From the NCBI GenBank assembly GCA_013239625.1, contig MU053934.1, positions 837,285 to 901,284 of the forward strand: a DNA stretch of 64,000 nt. Direction: 5' to 3'. Positions 23,745 through 36,860 of the stretch are shown here, in pieces (within the stretch, counting starts at the first letter, position 1; each line of letters begins with the position of its first letter). The stretch is from Lama guanicoe (taxonomy: Eukaryota). Below the pieces are notes generated by a model. It had not been told where the DNA came from. It made no database searches and saw only the letters and a list, made by a program, of their open reading frames with translations. The position numbers and the translations under genes were made by a program.

Positions 23745-23860
23745 TATTATTGTGCCCAATTTATAGATGAGGAAACTGAGGTAGAGCGATATTAAGTGAT
23801 CTGCCCACAGTTATGCAGCCAGTAATTGCCACGGCTGGGATTTGAACTCTTCTAAGTTGG
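23745..23860 (-). mobile_element. MIR core
   Basis: cccaatttatagatgaggaaactgagg...ttaagtgatctgcccacagtta...ctgggatttgaactc. Confidence 0.85.
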
Positions 23861-24560
23861 AGCAAAAAAATCACCACTCGGCCTCCGTACCATATTGAAT
23901 GTATTAAAATATGAGTAGCATCTCTCCCTGCTGCGTTGAACACTTAAGTTGCAGTTAGCTTTTCAACACGAAAAAACAACACTGCCTCAAACAGCATTGT
24001 ATATGTGTGTGTGTGTTTATTTATTTTGTTAGGATTAATTTTAAAATATAATTAAGAAGAGAAAGGAGCACGAACATTTTAAGGGTCTTGATATAGACAA
24101 CATTGCTATGTTCCTCCAAAATGGTTTTACCAATTAATCTTCCACCAGCTGTACCTGGGAGCACTCATTTCACCGCACCCTCATCAACATGGAGGACTTG
24201 ATATTTAAATACATTACTGAGAATTTGATGGGGTAATATGATTTTAATTTTTATCCTTTAAATTATCAGTGAAGCTAAAATATTTTGTTCCCAGTTATTG
24301 GACATATGTAATGCTTCCACGTGTCCATGATCTGATTTCTCTGTTTTTCTAAATGTCTTCCGAGATTTTGGCAGGGAACTCTGTTGCAGTGACACCTTTG
24401 CCAGTAGATGACAAAGTAAAAATAAAAGCAACTTCCAGCAGTAAGCTTCCTCAGGAAGATCCCATACGCTCAGGGCACGTTCGTAACGATGGGGGTGGGG
24501 GACGGTATTTAGTAGACAGATGTGTTAGTGAAGGTGATTATGGTTTGGCATTTCCTGGAC

Positions 24561-25110
24561 CAATGCTCTCCTCAAGTGTGATGTGTGGACCAGCAGCATC
24601 AGTAGCACCTGAGAGCATGTTAGAAATGCAGATTATTCTGGATAAGAATTTCTAGGAGGTGGATCCCACTACTAGGTCTGGGTTTTAACAAACATTCCAA
24701 ATATCACTCAGCCAAAAAAGAATGAAGTTCTGGCAAATGCTATATCATGAAAACGTGACAAAGTGAAAGTTCAAAAACACAATGCCAAGTGAGAGAAGCC
24801 AGACAGAAGAGACCACATATTATATGATTCTATTTATAGGCAACGTCCAGAAAAGGCAAATTTTTAGAGACAGAAAATGTCTAGGGCTGGGGGTGGGAGT
24901 GGGAATTAACTGTCAGTGGGCATGAGGGATCTTACTTGGGGAATGAAAATGCTTTAAAACTGATTGATGGTGCCGTTCAGAAAAGTTACTAAAAATCATT
25001 GAATTGTGCATGTGAAATGGGTGAATTTTATGGCATGTAAAATATACCTCAATAATGTTGTTAAAAAAATCTCTCCGAGTGATTCTGATAAACATTTTAA
25101 TTTTAGATGC
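24561..25110 (+). mobile_element. MER5A-like transposon split by an L1 3' end (about 24705-25068)
   Basis: ggaccagcagcatcagtagcacctgagagcatgttagaaatgcag...ttttaacaa, then L1 (aagtgagagaagccagaca...tatacctcaataatg), then ctccgagtgattctgat. Confidence 0.75.
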
Positions 25111-25296
25111 ACAGACCCAGACACACTGACCCAGACAGTGTTTTCCAAAACTGACTGAAGATAAGCATCTTCTGGAGTGCTTGGTGAAAACAAAAACTTA
25201 CTGAGTTATAATTTCCATTGGATGGACATGGAAGGGCATAGTGAATCTTGTTATCCATTGGACATTGTTTGGGAAACACAGAAGAGAATTTAGGAC

Positions 25297-25446
25297 AGCT
25301 ATTCTCAACTCTGGCCATATAACGTAACCTAGGGAGCGTTTAGAAATACAGATGCCCACAGAGGTTCTAATTTAATCATTCAGGACATTGGGAATTTTAA
25401 ACGCTGCCCAGGTGATTCTAATATGCAACCAAGTTAAGGACCACTG
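25297..25446 (-). mobile_element. MER5-like transposon
   Basis: cagctattctcaactctgg...acctagggagc...cccaggtgattctaatatgcaaccaagttaaggaccactg. Confidence 0.75.
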
Positions 25447-25889
25447 TTAATGGTCATTACTCCCCAATCTTTCCAACTCTTATGACTGCAAACCCTAGGA
25501 CAGACACAAGCCTCATGGCTAATCCTCATGGTCTAGGTGCTGTTTGAATTCCAGCCATGACGTTCATGTTTTGTGAAACAGGATGAAGGAAAAGGAGGTC
25601 AAGGATGGACATAATCCTTTTACTTTCAAGGCAAGTTCCTGAGAATCTCACCCTCTCCTCTTCTGTCACGTTCATCGGACAGAACTAAGTCACAACGGTC
25701 TACAAGGATGGTTAGGAAATGTAGCCATTTACTTGGGTAGCCATATGCTCAGCTACAATTGAGGCTTCTATTAGTAAGGGAGATGAATAGGATGACTATT
25801 TGGAGATACTAACACACTCAGTGACACTAACGTGCTGGGCAGTCAGTCACCTTTACCTTATCCATCTTTTCAGATAAGAAACCTCAGGC

Positions 25890-26076
25890 AGGGTTGCTAG
25901 ATAAAATGTAGGCTGCCCAGTTAAATTTGAATTTCAAGTGGGCAGTACTTTTTTTCAGTTTAATTATTTTCCCAGCATTGTGTAGGACATAGATAGGCTA
26001 AAAATTATTCATTGTTTATCTGAAGTCAAATTTAATGCAACTTCACTTGTCTTCACTTTCTCAGTCTGGCAACGGT
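25890..26076. mobile_element. MER53-like palindromic hAT MITE inside a MIR
   Basis: agggttgctagataaaat...cccagttaaatttgaatttca...ttgtttatctgaagtcaaatttaa...tctggcaacggt; the MIR core cagataagaaac|tgaggcttagaga is split around it. Confidence 0.85.
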
Positions 26077-26309
26077 AAACTGAGGCTTAGAGAGTCCCTT
26101 TCTCAAGACAGTTTCTCAGTTGTAGAGACTTGAACACTGATGTGTCTGTCTGAAGACTGGGGGCTCTTAGTTACTATGTTATAAGTAATATCTATCCACC
26201 TTTTGTAGTTTTTGAATGCAATCTCCTGATCTCCTTGTTCTGACGTCCTCCTTTCTGAGATAGAGACCACCAGCCACCTTCCACAAGTGGGAAACTGAGG
26301 TTCAGAATA

Positions 26310-26525
26310 CCTGGGATGATTCCAGCTCGTATCACTTACAAACTATTTGACTCTGGACAAATTATTTAAGTCTTTATGTTGAAGTTTCCTCATCTGAAAA
26401 AAAATGAGTGAATTAATAATAATAGTTCTTACCTTACAAGATTGCTCTGAAGATTAGAGGAGAAAGCAATAAAAGCTTTTATAGCACAAGGCTTGGCACA
26501 GAGTTAACCTTCAATAAATATTTGG
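26310..26525 (+). mobile_element. MIR SINE
   Basis: tgactctggacaaattatttaa...agtttcctcatctgaaaa...cttggcacagagt...tcaataaatatt. Confidence 0.85.
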
Positions 26526-27976
26526 AAATTGATTTGGTTTCTCACTGTCTCACTGTTGAAGATGTTTACTTTGATCCACATCTTCCCATTGTAAACCCAC
26601 TGTAGTGTGGGAGTAGCTAAATGTATGATTATAGATACTCTTAAGGTGGATGCGAATTTCATCACTGTTTCAATTGTTGGCCTAAGTGAAGTTCGACTCC
26701 TCTTCCAAACCTAGATTCTGAGGACAAGCTGTTGTATCATTTGGCAGACATCTCTCTATTTCTACGTGCTACTGTGTGTACTCCTTCTTCTGTTTTCCTT
26801 GATTAATCTTGCCAGACGTCTGTTGAATTTATTAGTCTTTTAAAATGAATAGGTTTTAATTTTATTGGTCACTTTTCTAGCTCTTTTTATTCTATTGCTT
26901 TAATTTGTGGTATCTCCCCTACTGTTCCATCCTCTGTTTCTCAGGTGTTTAACTGTAACTTCTTGCGCTTAAACTCAGTTTATTAATTTTCAATATTTTT
27001 TCTTTCATGTGAAAATGCTTTAAAGGATTTTGTACGTGTTCCACTACACAGTCACACACACGCACATGCACACAATTTACAGAAATGTATAAATGTACTC
27101 ATAAACCTTCTTTTTCTTAGTGTGGTCCTTTTCTCCCCACATACTTAACCCTTCTCTCCCCTTTGCTCTCACTGTATGCTTATATTAACAACCTATGCTG
27201 AATTGGTCCATATTTCTCTTAGTATTGATGTGATTGTATGTAGATAGGGACATACACATACATAGTAGAAGTTTGTTGGTATTTTACTTACACAGATGGG
27301 GTCAGAGTATGCAGTCTTTCATGAATCTTACTTTTCTCACTCAACAACTCCTTTTGGGAAATTTTCCAAGTCCTCAAATAGCTTTAAGTAATTTTCTGTT
27401 ATGGACTATCCAATATTCTATGTAAATGCTCCATAGTTTACCCAGCCATTGATCTATTAATCATACTCACTTTATTTCCAGTTCATTGCCACTTAGAACA
27501 ACACTGAAGTAAACGCCCTAGGATTCATGCCCTTATGTACTTATGCTTTTATTTCTATATGTACATACCCTGAACTGAAATGGCTCATTGAAGGGAATAT
27601 GTATTTTAATAGCTGTTGGGCAAATTGTTTTCTACAAACGCTGTGGCCTTCACATTTCCACCAGCAACATGTGAAAGTACTCTTCTTAGTTTATCCCCGT
27701 TGGCAACACTATTATTAATTTGATTTCAGGAGCCTTATAGTATAGCCTGATACTCAGTGTTCTCTTTTAAATGGCTATTCCTGGGTATTTATTCTTTCAC
27801 ATGGTGTGAATTTGTGTAGAGATGGCAAACTTATCCATGTACTAGAATGGAGAATCCGAACATCATCCCCAAATATTGGAGAAGTTCAATCAGTGGGGTA
27901 AAGAAAGATTACTTAAAATCTTTTGGGTTTGATTACGTATCTGGAAGAAAATAAAAATGGATTTCCATAAGAGGTT

Positions 27977-28948
27977 ATCTTTAGTCCCTTCTGACAAAGC
28001 ACCATAGACTGGGGGCTTAAACAACAGAAATTTATTTTCTCACAGTTCTAGAGGCTAAGCTACTCAATATGATGGTCCTGGAAAGGTGTGGTTTCTGGTG
28101 GGAATTCTCTCTCATGTCTTTTCTTCTTCTTCTTTTTTCTTTAGTTTCAACCTTTTTAAAAATTGAAGTATAGTCAGTTTACAATGTTGTGTCAATTTCT
28201 GGTGTACAGCGAAATGTTTCAGTCATACAAGAACATACATATATTCTTCTTCATATTCTTTTTCACCCTAAGTTACTACAAGATACTGAACATACTTCCC
28301 TGTGCTGTAAAGTATGAACTTAATGTTTCTCTATTTTATATGTGTGTGTTAGTATCTGAAAATCTTGAACTCCCAATTTATCCCTTCCCACCCTCTTTCC
28401 CCCTCTGATAATCATAAGTTTATTTTCTATGTCTGTGAGTCTGTTTCTGTTTTGTAAATAAGTTCATTTGTGTCTTTTTAAAATACTCCATATACAAGTG
28501 ATATTATAAGGTATTTTTCTTTCTCTTCCTGGTTTACTTCACTTAGAACGATGATCTCCAGGTTCATCTATGTTGCTGAAAATGGCACTATTTTATTCTT
28601 TTTTGTATTTGTTATAAACATATGTATCATATATATGCCACAACTTCTTTATCCAGTCATCTGTCAATGGACATTTAGGTTGTTTCCGTATCTTGGCTAT
28701 TATAAATAGTGCTGCTGTGAACATTGGCGTCCATGTGTATTTTCGAATTATAGTTTTCTCCAGATATGTGCCCAAGAGTCATGTTTCTTCTTACAAGGGT
28801 ACTAATCCTACAGTGTCACACTCCCACACTAATGACCTCATTTAACCTTAATTACCTTCTTATAGGCCCGTTTATCAAATACAGTCACATTGGAGGTTAA
28901 GGCTTCAACATACGAATTTTGAGGGGACACAATTCAATCCATAGAACA
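27977..28948 (-). mobile_element. MLT1A-like MaLR LTR interrupted by an L1
   Basis: accatagactgggggcttaaacaacagaaatttattttctcacagttctagaggct on the left; aatgacctcatttaaccttaattacct...ggcttcaacatacgaattttgaggggacacaattca on the right. Confidence 0.9.
28126..28778 (-). mobile_element. Cetartiodactyl-type L1 3' fragment
   Basis: The ORF at 28593-28775 (PMFTAALFIIAKIRKQPKCPLTDDWIKKLW) is ORF2p C-terminal; near-TSD tcatgtcttttctt/tcatgtttcttctt. Confidence 0.92.
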
Positions 28949-29319
28949 CAGTATGCACAAAAAATTCTATATAGATTAAAGATTTAAATATATACATATA
29001 AAAGAAGGAAAATTCTACAGAATGTCCAGGGAAATACATGTCCAGTCTGGGACCTTGAGAACTTGCTAACCATAGTTACAGACTCAGAAGCTTTAAAAGA
29101 AGAGTATTTGTCTACATAAAAATTTTACTCTGCATGATAAAAGATTCCATAAACAAAATCAATGGGCAGAATCAATAAATAATAGACCTGAAAAAAATTA
29201 ATACCATTCATAGATCAAAATTTAGTATCTATAAAATACAGATGTGCTTACAATTTGACAAGAGAAAGATAATGGAACAGGAAAATGGACTTGAAAGGGC
29301 AATTCAATACTTCTTTCTC

Positions 29320-32300
29320 TTTTTTATTGAAATTAACTTACATACAGTGAAGAACTCAATGAATGCCTATATATGTATATGACTGTAGCCGCCATGCTGG
29401 CCAAAATACAGAAAACCCCCAACACATCAGAAGATTCTTTCCTACCCTTAAAGGTCCCGGTCAATATTACCACCCCAGAGGTAGCTTCTGTTCTGACTTT
29501 AATCACCATAGATTACTTTGGTCTGTTCAGGAATATCTGTGAATGAGATCATACCGTGTGTACTTGGATGCATGAGGGTCTAGTCAGAAGGTGGAAACTA
29601 CTGGCCTCTTTCATTCAACCTAAGACCTTTGAGATTAATCCATGTCGCTCTCTGTTTGAGTGGTTTGTTCTTATTTATTACTGTGTAGTATTTCATACCC
29701 ATCATACTAAATTTCATCATTTTTTTCTGTTGTTGGACATTTTGATCAGTTCTAGGATTTGGCTATTATGACTAAATTGATATAAAAATTCTGTACTTGT
29801 CTTTGATGGACTTACACACTCATGTCTCTTGTATACATACATAATAAGAGTAGAATTTCTTGGTCACTTATGACCCAGAAGCTACATTTTCTTGTCTTCT
29901 GAGTGTTAGTTATTCTGGTGAGTGTGAGCTAGTGTCTCATTGTGATTTTAATTTGCATGTTCACAATACTGAACAACTTTACATGGGTTATTGGCTATTT
30001 GGGTGTTCTCATTTGCGAATTGCCTATTGAAGTTTTTAGCCTACTTTTAAATGTGGTTATTTGAAGTTTTTTTTAAACTATATTTTCTGGATGTGAGTCG
30101 TTGTCAGATATGTGTATTGAGAATTTCCTCTAGTCTATGGCTTGCCGATTTACTTCCTTGATCATTTCTTCTGATAAATAGTAGTTGTTAATTTTAGTGA
30201 AGTACATATTATCTGTTTCTTCATTTGTGAAAATTAGTTAGAAAATTACTGTTTGTCCTGTTAAGAAAATTTTACATTCCACTGGTCACAAAATATTCTT
30301 CTATGTATTTGTCCAGAAACTTAATATTTCTGCCTTTTATACTTAGAAATGTGATCCACCTCAAATAAATTTTTGAGGTGAAATATGAGTCAAGATCTTT
30401 TTTAAAATATAAATACACAGCTGCTTCAATCATGTATTAAAAAGACCATTTTCCCCTATTGAGTTGCACTGAGACCAGTGACATAAATTAAGTGCAGTGC
30501 AGGTGAGGATTTATTTCTGCATTTCTGTGAGCTGCCATTGTTACATTTATCTATCACTGAACCAAGACCACACATTCATAATTATTGTAGCTTAACAGTA
30601 AGCATAGAAATGTGACAATTGGAGTCCTTCAAATCCTTCAAGATTTTTTTTGCATACTGTAATTTTTTTTCTACTTACAAATTTTAGAAGTGGCTTATCA
30701 ATGTACATATACAAACACACAAACCTTCTGGCATTTGGTTGGGGATTGCATTATCTATAAATCAACCTGAAGGAAGTTGACCCCTTTACTGTAATAAGAC
30801 TTCTAAATTATAAATATACACTATGTATTTATCTAAATACTGTAATTTCTCTCAGCAATGTTTTGTAGTGGTCAGTATGGAACTGTTTCACCTTAGGACT
30901 TGATATGTCTGATGCTATTGTAAATGTTTTTGTTTTTAAGTTTAAATTTTTCATTTCATTCATTTGTAAATTGTTTGCTGTGGAATATAAATATGCACTT
31001 AATTTTTATATACTGATCAAATATTCATTAACTTTATTAAATGCACTTGTTAATTCTAATAATTTCCTTAAAGGATGTTTTGGTTTTTCTACTTAGACAA
31101 TTTTGTGAATAATTTTCTGTGAATGAAGATAGTTTTACTTCTTCCTTTCCAAACTCTATGTCTTTTATTTCTGTTTTCTTGCCTTATTGCTGTGGCTAAG
31201 ACTTCTGATACAATTCAGTTAAAGTAATGATAGTGGAAATCTTTGTCTTGTTCCTAGTGTCACATTCCACCACTGAGTATGTCAGAAATAGGTATTTTTT
31301 GACAATATCCCTTTATCAGATTTAAAAACTTTTTTTTTCAATTTCTAGTTACTGAATTTTTCCTTCTTTTAAAGTCACAAATGGGTGTTTAATTTTATCA
31401 AATGCTTTTTCTTTCTCATTTGAGATAATCATATATTTTTTGTCTTTCTTCTGTTTATGATGAATTATATGACTGATTTTTGAATATAAAATCAACTTTT
31501 CCTGGAATAAATCCTACTATGAAATTTTCTTTTCTACCTCCTCTTTTTCCTCTTCCATCTTCTTCTATAATTATTTTTAAATTGTAATTATTATTTTTAT
31601 TGTTGCTCTTTATGATTTTACTTCTATATTTACAAGAGAAGTTGACATCAATTTTTATAATGTTTCATGTGATATTTATTTCTTCAATGCATTACTAGAA
31701 TAAATCAAAATAGCCACTGAATTAAATTTTTGCTAATATTTTTGGCTTGTTGCTTCTCTGTTCAGGAAGGGTATTGACTTCTATTTTTGTTTCTTACAAT
31801 GTTCTTGTAAAGTTTTAAGACAAGCTTACACTGAACTATAACAGAAGTTAGCAAGTATTCTCTGTTTTGCTGTTCTCTATAAGAGTTTTTAAAAGATTTG
31901 TATTATTTATTCCTCAACTGTCTGATAGGATCTGCCAGCAAAGTCATGTAGTTGTAGGGCTGTTCACAATTTCAATTTCTTCTAGGAAAATTTTTGGTAA
32001 ATCATGGTTTTCAAGGAATTTGTCCATTTTATCTGTTTAATTAATATATTGACATAAAATTGCTCATAGTATTCTCTTATCCTTTAAATGTCAGCAAATT
32101 CTGTATTAATATAACTTTTTTTTCCTGATACTTGTAATTTCTTTGCTTAACTTCCTTGTCTCACTACTGTTTTACTTGTCTATTGATCTTGGAAAGATCT
32201 TATTAATTTCTATTTTTTCTCTATATTCTCTTGTAATATTTTCTGTTTCTCTTTTTGTTTCCTTAAACATTATTTGGGATTAATTTAGTGGGGTTTTTGG

Positions 32301-34230
32301 GGTCAAGTTTATTGAACTAGAAGCTTAGATAAGTGATTTTTTCCACTTTTCTTCTTTTTCTAATATATGCACATAAATATGTACTTTCCCTCCAGGTCCT
32401 GCTTTAGCTTCGTATTTCACAAATTTAGATGTTTAGTATTTGAGATACTTAGTATTCAGATAAAAATATGTTCTAAATTCCATTTTGAGTTTAATTTTGC
32501 ACATGTGTTATTTAGAGATGTGTTACCTACGTTTCAATCATTTGGAAATTTTCTAGTTATCTTTCTGTTACTGAGTTTTAATTTAACTCCATAGTCGTCA
32601 GAATATCCACATTAAATTATTTCCTTCCCTGGAATTTTTGATTTGTAGCCTCGGCTATAGTCTGTTTTTATAAATGTTGCATATTCACTTGCAACAGATG
32701 TGTATTCTGCACTTTTGGAAGTATCCCATGTGATCAGATTGGTCAGATTTGGTCATGTTGTTCCAATCTTCTGGAGCCTCACTATTTTTTTCTGATTGTG
32801 CTATGTTTTACTCAGATATGTGTGTTAAAATTTCCAACCCTTATTGTAGTTTTTTCTGTATCTCCCATTGGCTCTGTCTCCTTAAAGTTTAGATACTGAC
32901 TGGTATATACAAAATAGATAAACAAGTTTATACTGTATAGCCCAGGGAAATACATTCAATATCTTATAGTAGCTTACTATAAGATGAAAAAGAATATGAA
33001 AATGAATATATGTATATTCATGTATGAGTGAAGCACTATGCTGTACACCAGAAATTGACACAGCATTGTAAACTGACTATACCTCAATAAAAACAAGTCT
33101 ATATATAAAAGGTATATTATTAAGTACTTTCAACTTGAGAATAGCTATATGTTCCAAATGAATTGGCTTTTATTATTATATTATAGGTTCCTTTTTTTCA
33201 TTCATCTAACTCTTTCCTTACTGTTACTTTTCTCTCGTATTAATTTAGCCACACCTGCTTTCTTTTGCATAGTGTTTATATATTATATGATACATATTTT
33301 CCATCCTTTCCCTTTTAACTTGTCCTTTGTATTTAAAATGTATTTCTTGTAATCAGCACATAGGCAGGTCTCGTTTTTTCTTACTCTAGTCTGGAAATCT
33401 TTTAATTGGAGCATTTATTTTAACATAATGTAGTTACTGGTAAAATTGAGGTTAAGACTATCAAATTTACCGTGTTAGTGTTTTTTATGTGTCCATTCTG
33501 TTCTTTGCTTTGTTACTCCTGGTTTATTACTTTTTGGGTATTTATTATGGATTTTCACTAGTCCATTTTACTTCTTCTAACTTTTTTTTTCTGTCTTTCA
33601 GCATCATTTTTGTGGTTATCCCAGAAATTACAAAACGCTTTTTAAACTTATTATAGCGTACCTACAGTTAATACTTTTATCACATCCAGACACTGCTACA
33701 TCTTTACTGTAGCTTAATTCCACTTACCTCTTTTTTATGTTTTGCTATTATTACCATATATTTCCCTCAGTGCAGGTTGTACTTTTCATGAGACAGTGTT
33801 ACTATTGTTCTTTTGAACCATCCACATAGTTATTAGTGACCCATAAACTTAGCTTCTCCAATGTTGTCTGTTCCTTCTGGAACTTTCATGTATCCATCTG
33901 AATAATTTTCCTTCACTCCAAAAAAACTTCATTTCTTGTAGTACGAGGCTGGCCACAAATTCTCTCAGTTTGTGTTTGTCTGGAAATGTTTTTATTTTAC
34001 CTGCAGTTTTGAAAGAAAATTTCTCGGTGTATAAGTCCAGACTGGCAATTGTTTTTTTTTGTTTGTTTTGTTTTGTTTTTCTCAGAGCTTTAGAGAGGCC
34101 ATTCTTTTGTTTTCTGGCATGGCTGGTATCTGTTGATAAGTTACCTTTCTCACTTTTCTTTCTCTGAAGGCAGTTTCTCCTTTCAGTTTGGAATCTTTAG
34201 ATTTTCACTTCAACATTGGTGTTCAGCATG
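29320..34230 (-). mobile_element. Long decayed ancient L1 (L1MC/ME-like), from 3' UTR through ORF2 into ORF1
   Basis: About 5 kb of T-rich sequence with ordered antisense L1 motifs: tctcattgtgattttaatttgcat, ttggggattgcatt, gatagttttacttcttcctttcca, tcaaggaatttgtccatttt, tgtctggaaatgtttttatttt. Confidence 0.85.
32893..33093 (+). mobile_element. Younger L1 3' terminus inserted in the old L1
   Basis: caaaatagataaacaag...tgctgtacaccagaaattgacacagcattgtaaactgactatacctcaataaaaa. Confidence 0.9.
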
Positions 34231-34399
34231 AAGTTTCCAAGGAGACCTGAGATGAGTGAGGGCCTTGGAGTAGCAATATTGTCTCCTCGTCTGCACTGTG
34301 ACCGCCTCCCAACATGAGTGACGCGACGAGACATAGATAGATGGTCCTTCACAGTTTCTGTTGTCTTAAGGTCTGAGGGCTTCTGGCTCAGCAGGAGGG

Positions 34400-35190
34400 T
34401 GGGAGGCGCACTGGACTGAGAGCTCAGGAGCTTGGATTGAAGTCTGAGCTCTATCCCTACCTCCTATGTCCTTGGGCAATTCAGTTCCCTCTCTGAACCC
34501 CAGTTCTCTTGTCTATAGTAACAGAAAGGTAGACTACAGTTGCCAGTGCTCCCCGATCCAAGATCGAGGTGATTACAGGCGTCAGATCGATGGGAGACTT
34601 CTGCAGCACTGGACTGGGAATCACGGATTCTGGATTCCGATCCCGTAGTTTAGTAACTAGGAGTGAATAATGATGATGACTATGGTACCACCTATTTATC
34701 AAACTTTATGATATTCTAGCCTCTTGTGTTGTGTGCTTTGCCTGCGCTGTCTTACTTAATCCTCAAAATAAAGCTCAAAGTTGCTTTTGTTCTTTTCCGC
34801 TTTACAGATGCAATAATGCATCCGCAAGGAAGTTAAGTAACTTACCCCAGGCCACAGAGTGAGGAAGAGGAGGAGTAGAGACTGGAACTTGGGGAGTTTG
34901 GCTCCAGGGTACCGGCTGCCCTCCCTCCCTTCGCTGACACATCATCACTTCAGCTTGAGCCACAGTTTCATAATAGAATCATTATAATGGATCAACATTT
35001 ACAGCACTTTAGAATTTAGAAAGCATTTTTAAATTATGTTCATCTGATCAAGTCCTCTTAACATTGGTTTTATTGCCTAAGTTTTGGAGCTGAGAAGACT
35101 GAAAATGTTAAGGGACGGCAGAGATTCACAAATTGGGTAGTAGCAGAGACATTACTTAGACGAGTGCTCCTGACTCAGAGTTCGGGATTT
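34400..35190. mobile_element. Three adjacent MIR fragments (+, -, -)
   Basis: gcactggactgagagctcaggag...ccttgggcaattcagttccctctctgaaccccagt; tttacagatg...gttaagtaacttaccccaggccacag; catttacagcactttagaattt. Confidence 0.75.
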
Positions 35191-36129
35191 TTTTTTTCTC
35201 CCCCTGTGGCATGGCAGCTAACTCTGTGCAAAGAGAAATAATCACCTCCCCATGGCCTGCTTCACATGAGAGAATGTGAGGAAGTGTTTTGGAAGGTGTA
35301 AAATGTCCTACGAAAACTCGTGTCCTCCTGGCTCTAAGTTCAAAAGCAGGTCCCCGTCCTCCTTGTGCACTCTCCATGCACGGCACTTTCTGTTGCACTC
35401 GTTAATGAGCTGGCCGTGGTGCTGCAGATGGGGAATGATGCAGGCAGCCGGTCCTCTTTCCCTCGGGTGTTTCAGCTGCTTGAGGCTCTGACTCCCCGCG
35501 GGTCCCCACGGTGAGGTGGACATGACAAGTTAATTCTGCAACAGGTTGGGCTGGAGCAAGCCTGGCAGCCGTGTAGTGAGAGGGGCCCTCGTCGCTTCCA
35601 GCAGGAAGGGGGAAGTGAGATGTGACAAGTGGATTATCATAATACTAATTGTATTATGAAGGAGGGAAGTGAGATCTCCTGGTTTCCCTGGAGAATTGTT
35701 CTGTCTACCTGGAGTGACTTGGTGGCAGGAAGGAGGGGCTGATCAGGGAGATACCAGGCAGACTGGTGACCTCTTTGCCATCTGAAGAATTCAGGATCAC
35801 ATTGGAGGTTGACAATTGCACAAAATAAATAACAGGAATGATTGCCCCTCTTTTTTCAGGGTTCACAGAATTATATAACCCATGGGTGCTTTGCAGAAAC
35901 TGCCACTGAATCCTCAGTAGCTGTTGTCCACCCTGACCCTTTAATCTAGCTCTCTCCATCCCCATCCCTGTGACCCTCACAACCAACAACGATTGAGGTG
36001 GAGCTGAGAACATGCCAACTCCCTTGGTGACAGTGTCTAGAGGAAGCAATCAGTTTACCAAAGATCACATGGCCAGATAGCCATCCCCCAGAACCTTTCT
36101 TTCCTCCTGTCCTACCCCAGTTCTGTTTT

Positions 36130-36267
36130 CTTTTTTTTTTAAATATTTTTTATTGAGTTATAGTCATTTTGCAATGTTGTGTCAAATTCCAATGTAGAGC
36201 ACAATTTTTCAGTTACACATGAACATAAATATATATATTCATTGTCACATTTTTTTCACTGTGAGCT
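36130..36267 (-). mobile_element. Short L1 3' terminus, same subtype as 14929-15511
   Basis: tattgagttatagtcattttgcaatgttgtgtcaaattccaatgtagagcacaatttttcagtt. Confidence 0.9.
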
Positions 36268-36699
36268 GTTCTAATTTGTGCCTGAATCTTGACCTGGTTC
36301 TACACCTTAGGACTTGGTTGGCTTGCATTTGCCAGGATTGGCTAACCATGAGCAGTAAGGGCTTTGCTTTGAACTTGACTCTTTAGCTGTTTCCTCTCGT
36401 GGTTCCTCTGATAAGACACCTCAGTCTGACTGTCACCCCTTGTCACCCGCATACCAGCACGCTCCGCTTGACTGACACCTCATCAGTCAGGTGACTCCTC
36501 TGTATGGTCCCTCTTAGACCCAGGCCCTTCCTCAGACTTAGGAGATACTGGATACAAAGTTAACTGATCTTATCCCCAATGACTTACCCTGAGCCACAGA
36601 GCAAGAAAGAGAATGAACAATTTGCCCAGAATTCGAGTCACCAATACTGCTACCAATCCTGATATGACTCCTCTCAGCGCTACCACTACTGTCTTTGCA

Positions 36700-36860
36700 G
36701 TAACAGGTACCAAAGTGCCATGAGCATTCATGTGTTGGCCTAAGCACATTCTCGGAGGCAGGTCTATTATTATCCCATTTTACTGATAAAGAACCTAAGA
36801 TGCAGAGGTTAAGTAATTTTCCAAAGGTCGAAGCATTATCAACACTCCAGATGGAGTGCA
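36700..36860 (-). mobile_element. MIR SINE
   Basis: attattatcccattttactgataaagaacctaagatgcagaggttaagtaattttccaaaggtc. Confidence 0.8.
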
